DNA of 64,000 bases from Antedon mediterranea (taxonomy: Eukaryota; Animalia; Echinodermata), in the NCBI RefSeq assembly GCF_964355755.1, contig NC_092680.1:4774001-4838000 (forward strand). The letters are read 5' to 3'. Positions within the stretch are counted from its first letter, which is position 1, and each line of letters starts with the position of its first letter. Below the pieces are notes generated by a model. That model made no database searches, was not told the origin of the DNA, and worked only from the letters and a program-made list of their open reading frames with translations. The translations under genes were made by a program, and so were the position numbers. Shown here one piece after another: positions 1-13,085 of the stretch.

Positions 1-682
1 GCAGTAATCACGCAGTTGTTACGCGGTATGTTCAGAGAGCGACCTCCGTCTAAGGTCTTAGTTCCACGTTGGGACGTTAACGTCATTCTATCCGCACTCA
101 CTCGCCCGCCATTTGAGCCAATGAGCAAGGCTTCATTATATAATCTCTCGCTTAAGACAGCGTTTCTGGTGGCGTTGTCCTCATGTAAACGCTGAGGCGA
201 GCTACATGCGCTCACGCTAGAGCCAGGCCATATACGATTTGAGCGTGGTGGAGTCCGGTTATTATTCAGGAAGGACTTTCTGGCCAAGTCCCAGACGTTA
301 AATTTTTCGCCGGCTGTGTTCGTTCCATCAATGTCCGCATTCTCGGGGGTAGTAGAGGACACATCCTGGTGCCCGGTAAGAGCACTCAAATTCTACATCC
401 ACCGTACAGAGACGTTGCGAGAGGGTATATCTCACTTATTCGTCACATCGGTGCCCCCGTATCGGCCGGCCGCAAAATCCACGATTGCAACTGGGTCGTG
501 GCAGCGACTCGGGCCGCTTATGAATCGTCCAGCACTTCGCGTTGTACGCTGGCGGTTCTATATCAGACATTATGACAGCGGCATGGTGGCGGACACATTC
601 TACGTTTACTGAGCATTATTTAAGGGACATTTCTGCAACCATGGCGCCAGTAGCAGCAGCGGTGCTAAAGCCTAGGTTATAG
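1..682 (+). pseudogene. Inactivated DIRS tyrosine recombinase coding remnant
   Basis: Frame +1 reads ...PRWDVNVILSALTRPPFEP...KTAFLVALSSCKR*GELHAL...FLAKSQT...WCPVRALKFYIHRT...LFVT, with an in-frame TGA at 193-195 and a frameshift near 490. The C-terminal motif DIMTAAWWRTHSTFTEHY lies in another frame. The H-x-x-R box appears deleted. Confidence 0.85.
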
Positions 683-1085
683 GTATGTACACCTCACTTG
701 CTCTGCTCTTTGTTAACTTACTCCCACCGCCGACTAGTTCTAGTCCGGTGCTAATCTGGCTATTGTCGGTTTATACAGGTAAGCTAGGCACGATATAGAC
801 TACACAAACCAGTAGTGGTGTTAGTAGTCTATGAGTGCTAGCTTACCTGTATAAACTCCCTCCCGCCGTCCCCGCAGTCAAGTACGCGGAAAATGATGAC
901 GGTGGTACGTTGGTACGTTCCCACATGAGGGCGTGGTTGCGGACGGGTCCATTATAATGCAGGGGTGTTCTAGGAACTTTTCACTTTCGTATCTAAGCCC
1001 TCCCTCTGGAGAGCACGGGCTATTGTCGGTTTATACAGGTAAGCTAGCACTCATAGACTACTAACACCACTACTGGTTTGTGTAA
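1..1085 (+). mobile_element. 3' end of a DIRS1-type tyrosine-recombinase retrotransposon (YR pseudo-ORF, ICR and right terminal repeat); truncated by window start
   Basis: YR-like translation at 1-682. Downstream, 758-787 is directly repeated at 1018-1047, and 801-856 is the reverse complement of 1029-1084. This is the internal-complementary-region plus ITR layout typical of DIRS1. GC content drops sharply after ~1085. Confidence 0.88.
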
Positions 1086-2164
1086 TGTATTGTGTGGTTG
1101 GTTTTTCTTCTTTTTAAGTTTGTACAATGTAAACTGAAAACAATTTATAGAATATTTCAATTGTAATATTTTTGTTTTTCTTTCAATTTGTTCCAATTTA
1201 TCTCACCTCAAATAATTTGATTGTAAAAGCAAAAAGACGTTTCCTGAATCACTGCAAAAATTTGTTTCACTTTACAGATGTCTTGAGATGAGATTAATGC
1301 TAAACTGAAACAAGTACAGTATGCTACCAATAGGATTTGATTTGACTTAAATCTATGCGACACCTAAATTAAAAAATTAAGTGCATTCAGTACATTAAAG
1401 AAAAAAAATTGTATTTTTTTTTCCGTCAAAACCCATCCACCACTGTCAATTACAATAATTACTATGATAGCAGTTTAAACGATTTACAAAAACTAGTGCA
1501 AACTGCAAATAACCTTGCGCAAACCCCCCAAAATCCCTTCTTCAAATCACACTGATTACATTATGACTTTAGTATTACTAATTTTTGTTTAGGGTTTGAC
1601 ATTACTGTACTACAAAAAAAGTTTGGCTCTTTAAACAATTTTTGTTTTGTGAAAAAAGTTTTTTTGGGGAAATTACAGATTTCACCTGTCAAACCTAAAA
1701 AATCCCCTTCCAAACTTTTTCAAACTACTATTACACAACTTTTGACTTGACAATGCAACGTTGAATGTTTGGGTTAAGGTACTTGTTGCTTGCTTGTTGA
1801 AATTACAATGCAGTACTACACACTATGTTTATAGAAAAACAGTAATCCAATTTCCTCCCATATTTAGGTCACTGCAACTTCATGCCAGTTTAAGGGGAAA
1901 TTCCCTTATTTTTTTAGTAATTATTTACTGAAATTTTATTTTTACATGTTGCAAATCCTTTGATCCGAAGAGTTTGATAGAAATTAAAAACTCTATTCAA
2001 AACAACAAAGAAGTTAACCCATATAAATTGCGGTAAGACCCAATTAAATTTTATAGTATTACATTTTTTATTTTTATTTGATGTCTTTTGGCACATGATT
2101 ACCAATAGTAAATTATTCAGATACTGTAGGTGGTAATCCCCCTGATACAGGAGCTATTTTGTGA

Positions 2165-2290
2165 ACCAGTTCACCGGGGTAAACCTGCTACTCGTCTTTT
2201 AAAGTGTACACATTTTTTAACTGTGTACATTGGACCTACAGTTTATAGTCCGTAATATCCGAAAAGACTTGTTTTACCACCAGAACCCAT
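2165..2290 (-). mobile_element. Deu-domain SINE fragment
   Basis: Reverse complement matches the SINE core at 25520-25655 (gtcttttcggata...actataaactgtaggtccaatgtacac...accccggtg). Confidence 0.65.
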
Positions 2291-2842
2291 GCCGATGGCT
2301 CTTTAGTTAAGGTAAACAGCAACCTTGCCTTAAGTGCTTGGCAGGGATATCGGCAGTAGTCAAAAGATTCAAATGTTTGTATTACGGTAAACAGTATTTG
2401 GCCATTGGCAACAACCACTTTTTTTTACATAATTCTTTTTTGTATAGCTATAGTAATGAATTATTATTAAATAATATTTAATTACAATTGTATGACTTTA
2501 GTTCAACTTTCTCTTTTTAGCATCCTTGCAAATGCATAATATCACGTTTAAAAATAAAACGTGTTTCATTATACGATTCATTGATTTCTTGATAATGATG
2601 ATCCTGTAGCTATAAAATGTTAATTTGAAATCTTTGGAAGGAATGCTGTAATATTAAATATGTCCACAACAGGGATAATGATATTCAAGATTTTAACATG
2701 TTAACCAGTTCTGTACAGCCTCAAAGCAATTAGTTACATTAATTAGCATAAACCAATCAGTATCAAAGTCAGTACAGTAAACTAAAAGTCTTCTGTGTTT
2801 GTTGGATAATTACATTCTCTAGAGGTGTCACTATATTCTCGA

Positions 2843-3079
2843 GTTGAGTGGCCAATTGGTCAAGGCAATGGCGCCACAACACATACAGGTAGCTATAGTA
2901 TACAATCGGCACAGGTTCAAGTCACTCCTCAACCATTGTTTTTTATGGTAGAACAAGTCTTCTCAGATAAAAATTAAAAAATGGAGGTCCAGTGTACACA
3001 TCTGGCTCGTGTGCACTTTGAAGAACCCAGTACATCTTTCGGAAAAGTAGAGGGTTACTGTACTCCAGTTTACTGGTCC
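2843..3079 (+). mobile_element. tRNA-derived Deu-domain SINE
   Basis: A-box-like gagtggccaattggtcaagg and B-box ggttcaagtc, followed by the core gtcttctcagata...ggtccagtgtacac...gaagaacccagtacatctttcggaaaagtagagggttac, which resembles the AmnSINE1/DeuSINE domain. Confidence 0.7.
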
Positions 3080-5732
3080 ATTCAGCCCCTGCCGTTGTGG
3101 ACAGACGAATGGCAATTTAGTGGCAGCACTCAACACAAAGAGACGCAATTTGGTGGCAGCACTTGGCACGAAGGGGAGAAGAAAGTTGTGGTTTGTGTTG
3201 TCCAGTAGGCTGCAAGTCGTAGGTTGTTAATATTCCCCCATTTACCATTACAAACTAGAGAGTCAACTAGGTAGTGGTGAAGTGATGCAAACATGGTAGG
3301 ACTCCTCAAAATAGCCGCCATCAGAAATACGATATAGTATTTACTATTTACTGTATAATGTAAAATGTTGTGAAAACTATAATAAATCAGAATACGTAAT
3401 ACGGAAAAATAATCAGTGTACACACAATATTTTATACCACAAACACCTGTATTTAAATTACAGGGTGTCGACAAATAATACACAATTAAATCAAACTTCA
3501 GTATTTAATCATATTATACATTATTATTAAAAATGAATAATTTGTTAATGTTATGTACATTTACAGACAAGCTTGATATGCTCTTCTTTCGTGCTTGACT
3601 GAGTCGTGAGAACAACTTTAAACTGGCGTATGATTCTCAGCCCTTGCTATTCATTCTCCATAGCGGCAGTGCATCATGTTGAGTGATTGATATTTTCTGA
3701 TAGCAATGACAGGTCTTTATCAGTAAACTCCATCTGCTTGAATCATTAAACCATGATCATTTTAATTACAGAAATATAATTATAGAGAAAGTTTATTGAT
3801 CTGGACATCAATTACAATTCATCACTTGACATTATAGACTTTTAATTAGATGTCCAATGTCAATTTTAGTATTAATTAGCTTCAATATTGATGTTATCAT
3901 ATTGACTTCTAGACTACTGTGTATAATTAAACAATATTAATATGAAATCATCAATACATTTCTTTGATTAGAATTTAATGTTATCTTATTATTTGGGATT
4001 GGTGATTGTTACTAAATTATAAGAACTAGACTGCCATGCCAACTCGAACATAATCACTGTTCCATCATTGGAGAGGACTATTTAATGTGGCTACACCAAT
4101 CGGCCAAAAGAAATATGCCTGTTTAAATTCAATCACTCCACTCCCCACCACATATTCCCACCTCACCTCCTGACAACCACATACCAACCCCCCCCCCCCC
4201 CCACATACTCTTTCCCACCTCCCAGTGTAATAATAATGGTAATTATATGTCAATAGCTCTTAATGCTCAACATTTCTTAGCGCTTTACATTACCCTAGTC
4301 ATTAAATAAAATGTTAAAATAAATGTCTGGTTGCATGCATACAAATTGTAAAAACAATAAGATTAATGTTGTAACTAGCTAAGTGGCTTTACAAGAACAT
4401 CTTAAACGAATATTTTCCAATTGTTTATGTTAAAATAGAGGAACTCTTTTTTTCATAACAAAAGATATTATCATGTGACACTGAGTGCCTATTGATGAGC
4501 GATTCACTGCAATGATAACAGTGGGATGAGTATCAAAACTAATAGGCTCGTTTTCTTTCAACTCAAATCTACAAAACCAAATGAATATTTTCACTTAAGG
4601 AGGAAGTCTGTAGGATAAAAAAAAACAAATTTCAGTCAAATTACTTGTGCAGTGATTAAATGCAACGCACGAAAAATGATTATACTGTAATGCTCTATCC
4701 ATCCTATTTTGCCATGGTTACCAGCAGTACATTTCCATGCTTGGTATAGTAAAGCTTTGTGATTTCAAAGCAGTTTGTGTATCTTCACTAAATTGAATTC
4801 AGATTATGTTTCCTTGACTGCTGTTACAAGATTATAGTAGCTTAATTAATTTGAAGTAAAATATAGCATTTGTTTATCCTGGTAGTTTTTAATTAAATTT
4901 TCACTCTCTTCATATGATTAATAAAGTACAATAGGCATATTACTTTCAGGTAATGTTGACCAGATAAAAGAAATTTGCAGCCTGTTTATGTTTTAATTAG
5001 AAATAAGAAAAACATTTTTAATTTATTTATAATTAAATAGCAATCAAAACAATAAATCATAATTGGTAATAATATTATTTAAAGACTTAAAAAAACATGT
5101 TTTTGTAAACAATAAATTGGAATAAATTGTACAGTCAGTTCTGACTTGTAATAAACAATACATTTGGGTTAATAAGATTACTGTTAGTAGCAATGGATGG
5201 CATTTCTGACATGACAAAAAATACTAAACATTTTTATATGATTAATTGGGGCATTATGTATAGCGCCACTTCAACAATCATTGTTGCTACTGGTTTGATC
5301 AAACTGGATGCTATTAATATTAGGTGACATTAAAAAGGCATGCAAAAAAATGTTATTTAAGAATTTTTTTTCAGGGGGACAATACATCTTTAATTATGAG
5401 AAAGACTTCATTGTTGATGTTACTTTGCTTTGCTTCCGTTTTATAAACTGATGTAAAATATTAAGCATCACATCGTCCTTCTCATCATAAGCTGCCTGCT
5501 TACTATTAATACATTAGATTATAAAAATGAAATGATAATATATGTAGATTAAAAGTGATACATTAAAAAGTAGATTGAGTTTCAAAATATAGTGTAACAA
5601 CCTGATTTTGTTCTTTCATTAATGTTCTGTATGTGCAAACATGGAAAGTTATGGATATGTTAAAACTTGAATTAAATGCAGTTTTCAAAAAGCAAAGGTA
5701 ATTGTGAATTTTGTTGAGATTTGATTTAATTT

Positions 5733-5896
5733 CTCTGTCTACGCTATCAAACTTAATGTGACAAACAAATGTAATGTGCCCATATATGGACATGATGATT
5801 TCATATCACTACTGTATTATATTTATGCAGATCACTGCCATATTTGGGCACATCAAGACTATTTTTTGTCAAACTAGTTTGATAATGTACACAGAG
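5733..5896. mobile_element. Kolobok-like MITE, short copy
   Basis: TIR ctctgtctacgctatcaaact ... agtttgataatgtacacagag; same family as 8281-8409 and 9720-10193. Confidence 0.65.
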
Positions 5897-6146
5897 ATTA
5901 AACTTCTCAATCATTTCTGACTCACTACCAGCTTCAATCTTGTTTTTTTTTGTAATTCTGCCTACCAGATACCTGCTTTTGTTTAAAATGTTTTTATTAA
6001 TAGATTAATTAATATTTCTATAGATCTATGTAATGCAAGATGCAAAAAATAAAATGATAATTTGTTATTAAAAGTAGTATTATAATTATTATTTGCATGG
6101 TGTCGACAACAATTACTGACTCTCTATTAGTTAATATGGTGCTCAA

Positions 6147-6321
6147 CAGGGAACATTTTCGCCAGTGTAGCATAGCAAAAAGCTATACAAAACAACCTTA
6201 GTGCTACACATCTTGAAAATTGTGTAGCAAAAAATACAATACAAAACTATGTTTTTCGATTTAAAAATCAGTTTGATTAGCAATATTGCTAAACAAAATT
6301 TTTAAATGAAATTTTTCCCTG
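6147..6321. mobile_element. Small MITE with 5-bp TSD
   Basis: TIR cagggaacatttt / aaatttttccctg, flanked on both sides by CTCAA. Confidence 0.55.
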
Positions 6322-6638
6322 CTCAATATGTTTTTGACATTCTAAACATTAGTTTTAATGTCACAATAGAGTAAACTAGATAAAACTGTAATTGAATTTT
6401 TAAATAGTGAATGTCTACATTATTCTCAAAATAAATAACCCCTGTAGTTTACATGGGACTGTTTCTACTACATAGCTCCGAATAAACCATCTATTTTAAA
6501 ATGAATTTTAAAATTATAATTTTTATATTGACCACATTTCTGCTAGATAATCAAATCATTGGTGTGTCAACGTTTTATTTCAAGTTAAGTTTAGAATATT
6601 CTGTAAAACAATTATAGAAATAAAATAAATGATAGTAG

Positions 6639-6992
6639 AGCATGGTTCCCACTAGCGACGCATCAACGCAAATTGCCATATTCCATCACAAGTCGGAACC
6701 GGCAATGCTGCAAAGTGCTGCAAACAGTCGCTGCAGGAAATCAGTCGCTGCAGGAAATCAGTTTGATTTCACACCACAACGTATAAAAGCAAACAGTAAA
6801 CACACAAGAGAAACAGTATAGTGCGTCCAAGTACTGTATGCAAGGTCAACTAGGACATGGTCAATGTGGCAACTAACGTTGATGCAACCAGTCAGGTTTG
6901 ATTTAAAGCAAACAGGGCCAAGCACAATAATAAGAAGGGAATTTTCTAATACGTTTCGTCTGTTACGTTGCGTCGCTGGTGGGAATCACGTT
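6639..6992. mobile_element. PIF/Harbinger-like MITE
   Basis: TIR agcatggttcccactagcgacgca ... ttgcgtcgctggtgggaatcacg; related copies at 19558-19699 and 55399-55577. Confidence 0.6.
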
Positions 6993-8280
6993 TTAATATA
7001 AATTTACACTGCATAAGTTCATTCTTAGAGACAGCAAGTTTTAATAATTATTCAGTGTGATAAATTGATTCAATATTGGCTAGAATAGTATAATTCCTAA
7101 AGGTGGTGATTTCCATACCTTACTGTATAGTGTACACAGTAATCAATCATTTTTACTATTTCGTTTTTAATAATGTAGTCTAAACCACCGTCTCATTGGA
7201 CATCGCTGTTAACAGTTCTACTAAAAACTAAACATTATACTACATACCTGGATATGAGCATAGCAATAATAATAATAATAAACTTCTTTCTGGTTAAAAT
7301 ATGGGCAGAGACGCCTGAAATAGCTGTATCATAAAAACTTGGTAATTTCAGATTAGGCCGCTTACGAACCCACTGTAGCAGCAGTGAGTCGCCTACTCAA
7401 AAGAATTGTTTACGAGTTCTTTTATGTACACTTTATATGCGCTGACCAACAAATTTACATTCAATCTGAAGGATAAGGCAATAATGGTATTAATAAAGCA
7501 GGTACCAAATTTGTTTTCATGAATTTTTTTTTGTGGGTCTAGAGGCCACAGAGAATAGTACAATAAATACATAATAAAATAGTTTCACAATTAATTAATA
7601 AACATCGCTTGAATTATTGTAATTAGGTTTTGGCAAAAATAATACAATTTATCTCATTTTTTTTAATTTTCTTCAAATGTTTACCGTTTAGTATCAAATC
7701 AGGCATTCCTTTTCCCTGTATTGTGCTTTATTACGTGACTGGCTCCCAAAATGTAGATTTTAGATAGAACATTAATTAGCATAGGCATTGTTGCTTCATA
7801 AAATATTCATTATACTAAAATGTACTGGTAATATATTTGCATCTCTAGTTCATAAGCATATTTTAATGTTTATTTATGTGAACAAGTTACATCATTTGTT
7901 TTATTAAGCATTTAAACTTCTCACCTTGCTGGCATGACAATGCTTCATTCATATTTTTACATATTAGAAATTTCAGAATGGAATGATTGTACTACTTCGA
8001 CATTATTGAAAGAAGCTATGCTTGAATGTTCCTTAAAGGACTTTTGTCTACATTCTGTATCAAATATCCACTATAAAACATAAAGTTTGTTTACTTACTG
8101 GTACCAGTGTTGTGCTGCAATGAAATAAAATACTTTATGATGCAGTTTGTTATTAAGTATTCATGTGGTAATTTATTGATTTAAATGCAATATTTCATTT
8201 CTCAGGCTAAACAGACATTCAATATTTACCATTAATGGAAATTAATGAATGAGGAAATATAATTATTCAGACAAATTTCA

Positions 8281-8409
8281 TTCTGTCCACACTATCAAAC
8301 TTTATGTGACAAAAAAAATGTGATTTGCTCATATACGGACATGATGATATCACTACCATATTGGGCACATCACTTTTTTTTTTTTAATCAAGATAGTGTA
8401 GACAGAGCT
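8281..8409. mobile_element. Kolobok-like MITE, short copy
   Basis: tctgtccacactatcaaact ... gatagtgtagacagagct followed by TTAA. Confidence 0.65.
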
Positions 8410-9719
8410 TTAAGCCTTTTATTATGATTTTTACTGTCCACTTTTGCGAATAGTTGCTGTCTTTATCTGTTTGTCCATGGTGACTTCAGTTTTTATACCA
8501 TAATTTTTAAGATAGGTCAAACGAAGTTACTGTAACTGTAGAAAAATGGAACCAAGCTTTAGGGACATTATACAAAAAGTGCCAATTATATTAGCATTTA
8601 TTAAGCGTCATCAAAGTTGAAAATTATGTATAAGAGCTAAACAACATTTTTTATTTTTTTAACTTTCAAACATACATTATACAGCTCAACAATATTAATG
8701 CTGCCATAATATTTATGCAGTTTAGTTAAAATAAAAGGTATGCAAGTGCTATATCCAGGGAATATTAGGGTTTTATTTTGTTTTTAAAGATTGAATAAAG
8801 GCCTTTGTCCAGAAAATACCATTATGAATGATTCAGCAAGATCTTTTTTGAGATCTTTACTAACGATAATCCATTTTGCTAAAGATAATAAATTATATCC
8901 TTGCCATTCTGTACCAAAAATACAATTATAAAACAAACTTATCAACGCCATTCAGTAGTAGTAGGTGTAATCAATGATTTGAATGAATTTGTTTTCTTTT
9001 TCAGACATTCCTAATATCAGAAGTTAAGCACATTGTATTTGAGCACAAGTAGCAAGTTATTGCTTTTATAGGTTAGTTATTTTTACCTTAACTTTTTTTT
9101 TCTGGCAATATTTGACATTTTGTGAAAGTAATGCAATAATATACTTAGGCATGTCTAAAATTGTTTTTTTAACTTTTCACCAATTTGGCAATACAAAATT
9201 TCTTGCTAGCGTTAACCAAGACAGGTGTCTGAAGTAGTAGCTTGATTCACTATTATAGTACATGATAATGATATCACTACATATTTCACATAAATTTAAT
9301 AACATTCTCTCTTTAATACCGACATTGCTAAATGTGTTTACCATCAGTAATTTTGTGCAATTTGTAAGTGTGAGTTATGAGTAAAGATGAAATGTGCGAT
9401 ATGCATGTATTAAAGGGCATACGGCAAATAGAAAATATAAGTTGGCAAGTTTGCTCATGTATGAATTATGAGTTGTGAAGTCCGAATAATGTGATTTGTA
9501 AGTATTAAAGGTCACGTTGTTGCAGATGGAAATTTAGTGAAATTGCAAAGTAAACTTTGAATAATACACGTTGTCATCATAAAAAGGTCACCTTGTAGAA
9601 AATGTAGCTGAACTAGTACTGGTTTGAAGAATAACGTTGTATGGTAGTACAGTAGGTAGAAAGTGGGATGTGTTGCAAAAAGCTTGTGAGTTTTCAAATA
9701 CAGTAGCAATACTTGTTAA

Positions 9720-10193
9720 AGCTCTGTCTACACTATCAAACTAGTTTGACAAAAAAGGGTTATGCCCAAATACAGTAGTGATATGCCCAAATATGGTAGT
9801 GATATGCCGAAATACAGTAGTGATATGCCCAAATATGGTAGTGATATGGCCAAATACAGTAGTGATATGCCCAAATATGGTAGTGATATGCCCAAATACA
9901 GTAGTGATATGCCCAAATACAGTAGTGATATGCCCAAATATGGTAGTGATATGGCCAAATACAGTAGTGATATGCCCAAATATGGTAGTGATATGCCCAA
10001 ATACTGTACAGTAGTGATACAGTATGCCCAAATACAGTAGTGATATGCCCAAATATGGTAGTGATGTCCAAATACAGTAGTGATATTCCTATTTATTTTT
10101 ACAGTATGGTACTGGTAGTAATATGACATCATGATGTCCATGGGCACATCACATTTTTTTGTTTACATAAAGTTTGATAGTGTAGAGAGAGCT
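9720..10193. mobile_element. Kolobok-like MITE carrying an expanded 21-bp tandem array
   Basis: TTAA then TIR AGCTCTGTCTACACTATCAAACT; right TIR AGTTTGATAGTGTAGAGAGAGCT. Other copies or fragments at 5733, 8281, 11045, 14070 and 54148. Confidence 0.75.
9762..10085. repeat. 21-bp minisatellite (atgcccaaatayrgtagtgat), ~15 units
   Basis: Directly visible tandem units alternating between ...aaatacagtagtg and ...aaatatggtagtg; explains the overlapping repetitive ORFs at 9728-10147. Confidence 0.95.
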
Positions 10194-11799
10194 ATAGAGT
10201 AGACTTGAAGTTATTGAGTTGATACATTTTGTAGGCAAGTTATTAAATAAGCAATTTGCAGAGAAAATACAAAGTAAAACATAAGTTGCACAAAGTATGT
10301 GTTGTACAGTAGAAGAACCAAACGACGAACTTTGAACTTTAATACGCATTAGCTTTTTATTTTAAGTTCACCAAGTGTTTGTTGTATCGCACTGTATACA
10401 CACCAATAGAACACAAATGTATAGCAGTTTAATATTAAATCCCATTGGTCATCAAAATGGCTGTTAACGGTCATTAGCAACTGGCCGGTTGTAATTGGCG
10501 GCGCCTTTGTTCTATACAGTTTAATTTTGCTTTGAACATCGGGATGGTGTAGTGTGTTAAACTTAAATGAAGTATAATATTATTGAGATGCAATGGCTTA
10601 CAGTATTTCAAAATCTGGAATTTAAATTATTACTTTGTTCCTCCCACCCCATTCTACAGTAGGCCTATTTACATGCATAATATTACTGTATTAGGCAATG
10701 GTTTGAAAGTAACGCAATTCTATAGAATAGTATTAGTACAGTAGCATTATTAATAGGATTCCATTTTTTTTTCATTAACGAAACATGAATTTTTGAAGTC
10801 CTCGTATAACTCGGTGATTATTTGTTCCTTAAGTTTTTGTTGGATTTTTCCTGGATTTAGTGGGGCCTCGGAAGACAGAGTTTTTACGACAAATTTGCAG
10901 TTTACACACTGGTCTTTTGGTAGTGTGCAGTGACCTTTAGATTGTTATCCGGTGCACCTGACTAGATTTGAGGTTGTTTCGGTTTTCTGGCTGCATCTGC
11001 TGTGTGCTTGAAAATGTTGTAAAAATGGAATTTAAATTTTAAAAAGTGTGATGTGCCCAAATATGGTAGTTATGTGCCCAAATATAGGTGATTTGATTAC
11101 ATAATGTCCACACATATTACATTTTTTTCGTCACATAAAGTTTGATAGTATACAGAGCTTAATAAATCCAGCAACATCATCAAAATAGAAAAAACCTAGT
11201 CTGTATAATTTTTAGCTCAGTAGATGATAGGTTTACTTGTGTGTGTGATTGACAAATTGATTTACTGAGTTTAAATGTTTCCGGGACATAGACGTAATGT
11301 AAAGCAGTTGTTTGTATGTCACTAATACAAATGTTAACATTCCACGATACTTTACTATTTTTAAGAGAAACAAAAATGGGAATCATGATCAATAATCAAT
11401 ACACGTCAATACTTTATAGGGTGAACAGGTTACAATTAATGTTGATTTTAATAGGGTATTACATTACAACCATTGCTACACATACTGTACAATAATCCAC
11501 AGGTAAACCATGTGATAATTTTCAATTCCCAGTCCTTTTTTAAATTGCTGGCATTAGATTTGCCAAGCATTTTTTGTGCACTGTATACTGTACCTATTTA
11601 TATTCATCTACTACTAGAGCTACAGTTAGTGTTTCACCATCAAAACAAGTTTATAATACAGCAAGTATTTTTAATTGATATTTTTAATATACTGTATGAG
11701 ACATTTGTATCAGCGCTATTTCATGAAGATCAAAGCACTGACGACTTTATGTTATTACAAATCTTTTCAACAACATTATTCTCCGTCCCCTAAGGGTCA

Positions 11800-12057
11800 C
11801 ATCGTGTCAACGGCAGCCAACTATGGCGCCATTACGTCTGTCCACCACAGTGTGTGTGAACTAGTACACCGGGGTAACCCCTACCCACCTCGAAAGATGT
11901 ACTCGGTTCTTTAAAGTGCACACGAGCAATATGCTTACACTGGACCAATGGTTTATAGTCCTTATCCGAGAAGACCATGAAGCGAGTGAGACTTGAACCC
12001 TTGTCGATGTTGTGGCTATGGATTACGGTTCTACTGTCTTAACCGCTCGGCCACTCA
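11800..12057 (-). mobile_element. tRNA-derived Deu-domain SINE
   Basis: On the minus strand: head gagtggccgagcggttaagacag (A box) and gggttcaagtc (B box), then the Deu core ending in gggttaccccggtgtac. Confidence 0.75.
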
Positions 12058-12476
12058 CTACTTAATAATATTCATTGAAATTTTCCTCATTTCTCATACC
12101 CACAAACATAATTTTTCAAACTTCAGTAGATTGATAAGTGTAGATAGAGCCTTAAAGGTCATAAGCATTTCCTTATTGCCTACCTTCCTGTATTAAACAT
12201 AATCTTTTTAAAATAGCTACTGTATCACCAAAGAACATAGGTACACTCTTATTGCTCTTTTACCGGACTACTCTGAAAACGTGAAACTCTTCCAAATCTA
12301 AATTGTCTCTTGTCCTCCCATCGGTTCTTTTCAGAAAACTTAAGGCAACATACTGTACAGTACTTGTGTGGATAGTAAAAATTTGATAATAAATGATACA
12401 CGTTTTAAAAATGTTATTTTGAATATAACAGTAGTATAGTTTTATTAGTTGATCAATACTTAACTTAATTGGACAG

Positions 12477-13085
12477 TAAGCCCACCTTGAGTATATAAGC
12501 GCACCTTGGGTATTAGCCCACCTTGGGTATAAGCGCACCTTGGGTACTGTATAAGCGCACCTTGGGTATAAGCCCACCTTGAGTACAGTACAAGGCCACC
12601 TTGGGTAGAAGCCCACCTTGGGAATAAGTGCACCTTGGCTATAAGCCCACCTTGGGTACAAGCCCACCTTGGGTATAAGCGCACCTTGGGTATAAGCCCA
12701 CCTTGGGTATAAGCCCACCTTGGGTACAAGCCCACCTTGGGTATAAGCGCACCTTGGGTATAAGCCCACCTTGAGTACAGTACAAGCCCACCTTGGGTAG
12801 AAGCCCACCTTGGGAATAAGTGCACCTTGGCTATAAGCCCACCTTGGGTACAAGCCCACCTTGGGTACAAGCCCACCTTGGGTATAAGCCCACCTTGGGT
12901 ACAAGCCCACCTTGGGTATAAGCGCACCTTGGATATAAGCCCACCTTGGGTACAAGCCCACCTTGGGTACAAGTCCACCTTGGGTACAAGCCCACCTTGG
13001 GTATAAGCGCACCTTGGGTACTGTACAAGCCCACCTTGGGTATAAGCACACCTTGGGTACAAGCCCACCTTGGATATAAGCCCAC
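12477..13085. repeat. 17-bp minisatellite (aagcccaccttgggtay), ~35 units with higher-order structure
   Basis: Tandem units are directly visible. A variant block beginning gagtacagtacaag recurs at 12581 and 12773 (192-bp period). Explains the ORFs at 12260-13131. Confidence 0.95.

Noticed and set aside
9728-10147. Overlapping repetitive ORFs / CRISPR-like periodicity
   Set aside because: Head-to-tail 21-bp units with no unique spacers inside a MITE; the ORFs are artefacts of a stop-free repeat; eukaryotic context with no cas genes.
11975-12057. tRNA gene-like A and B boxes (also at 2843, 25497, 35090)
   Set aside because: No complete cloverleaf, and each is fused to the same downstream SINE core, so they are SINE heads.
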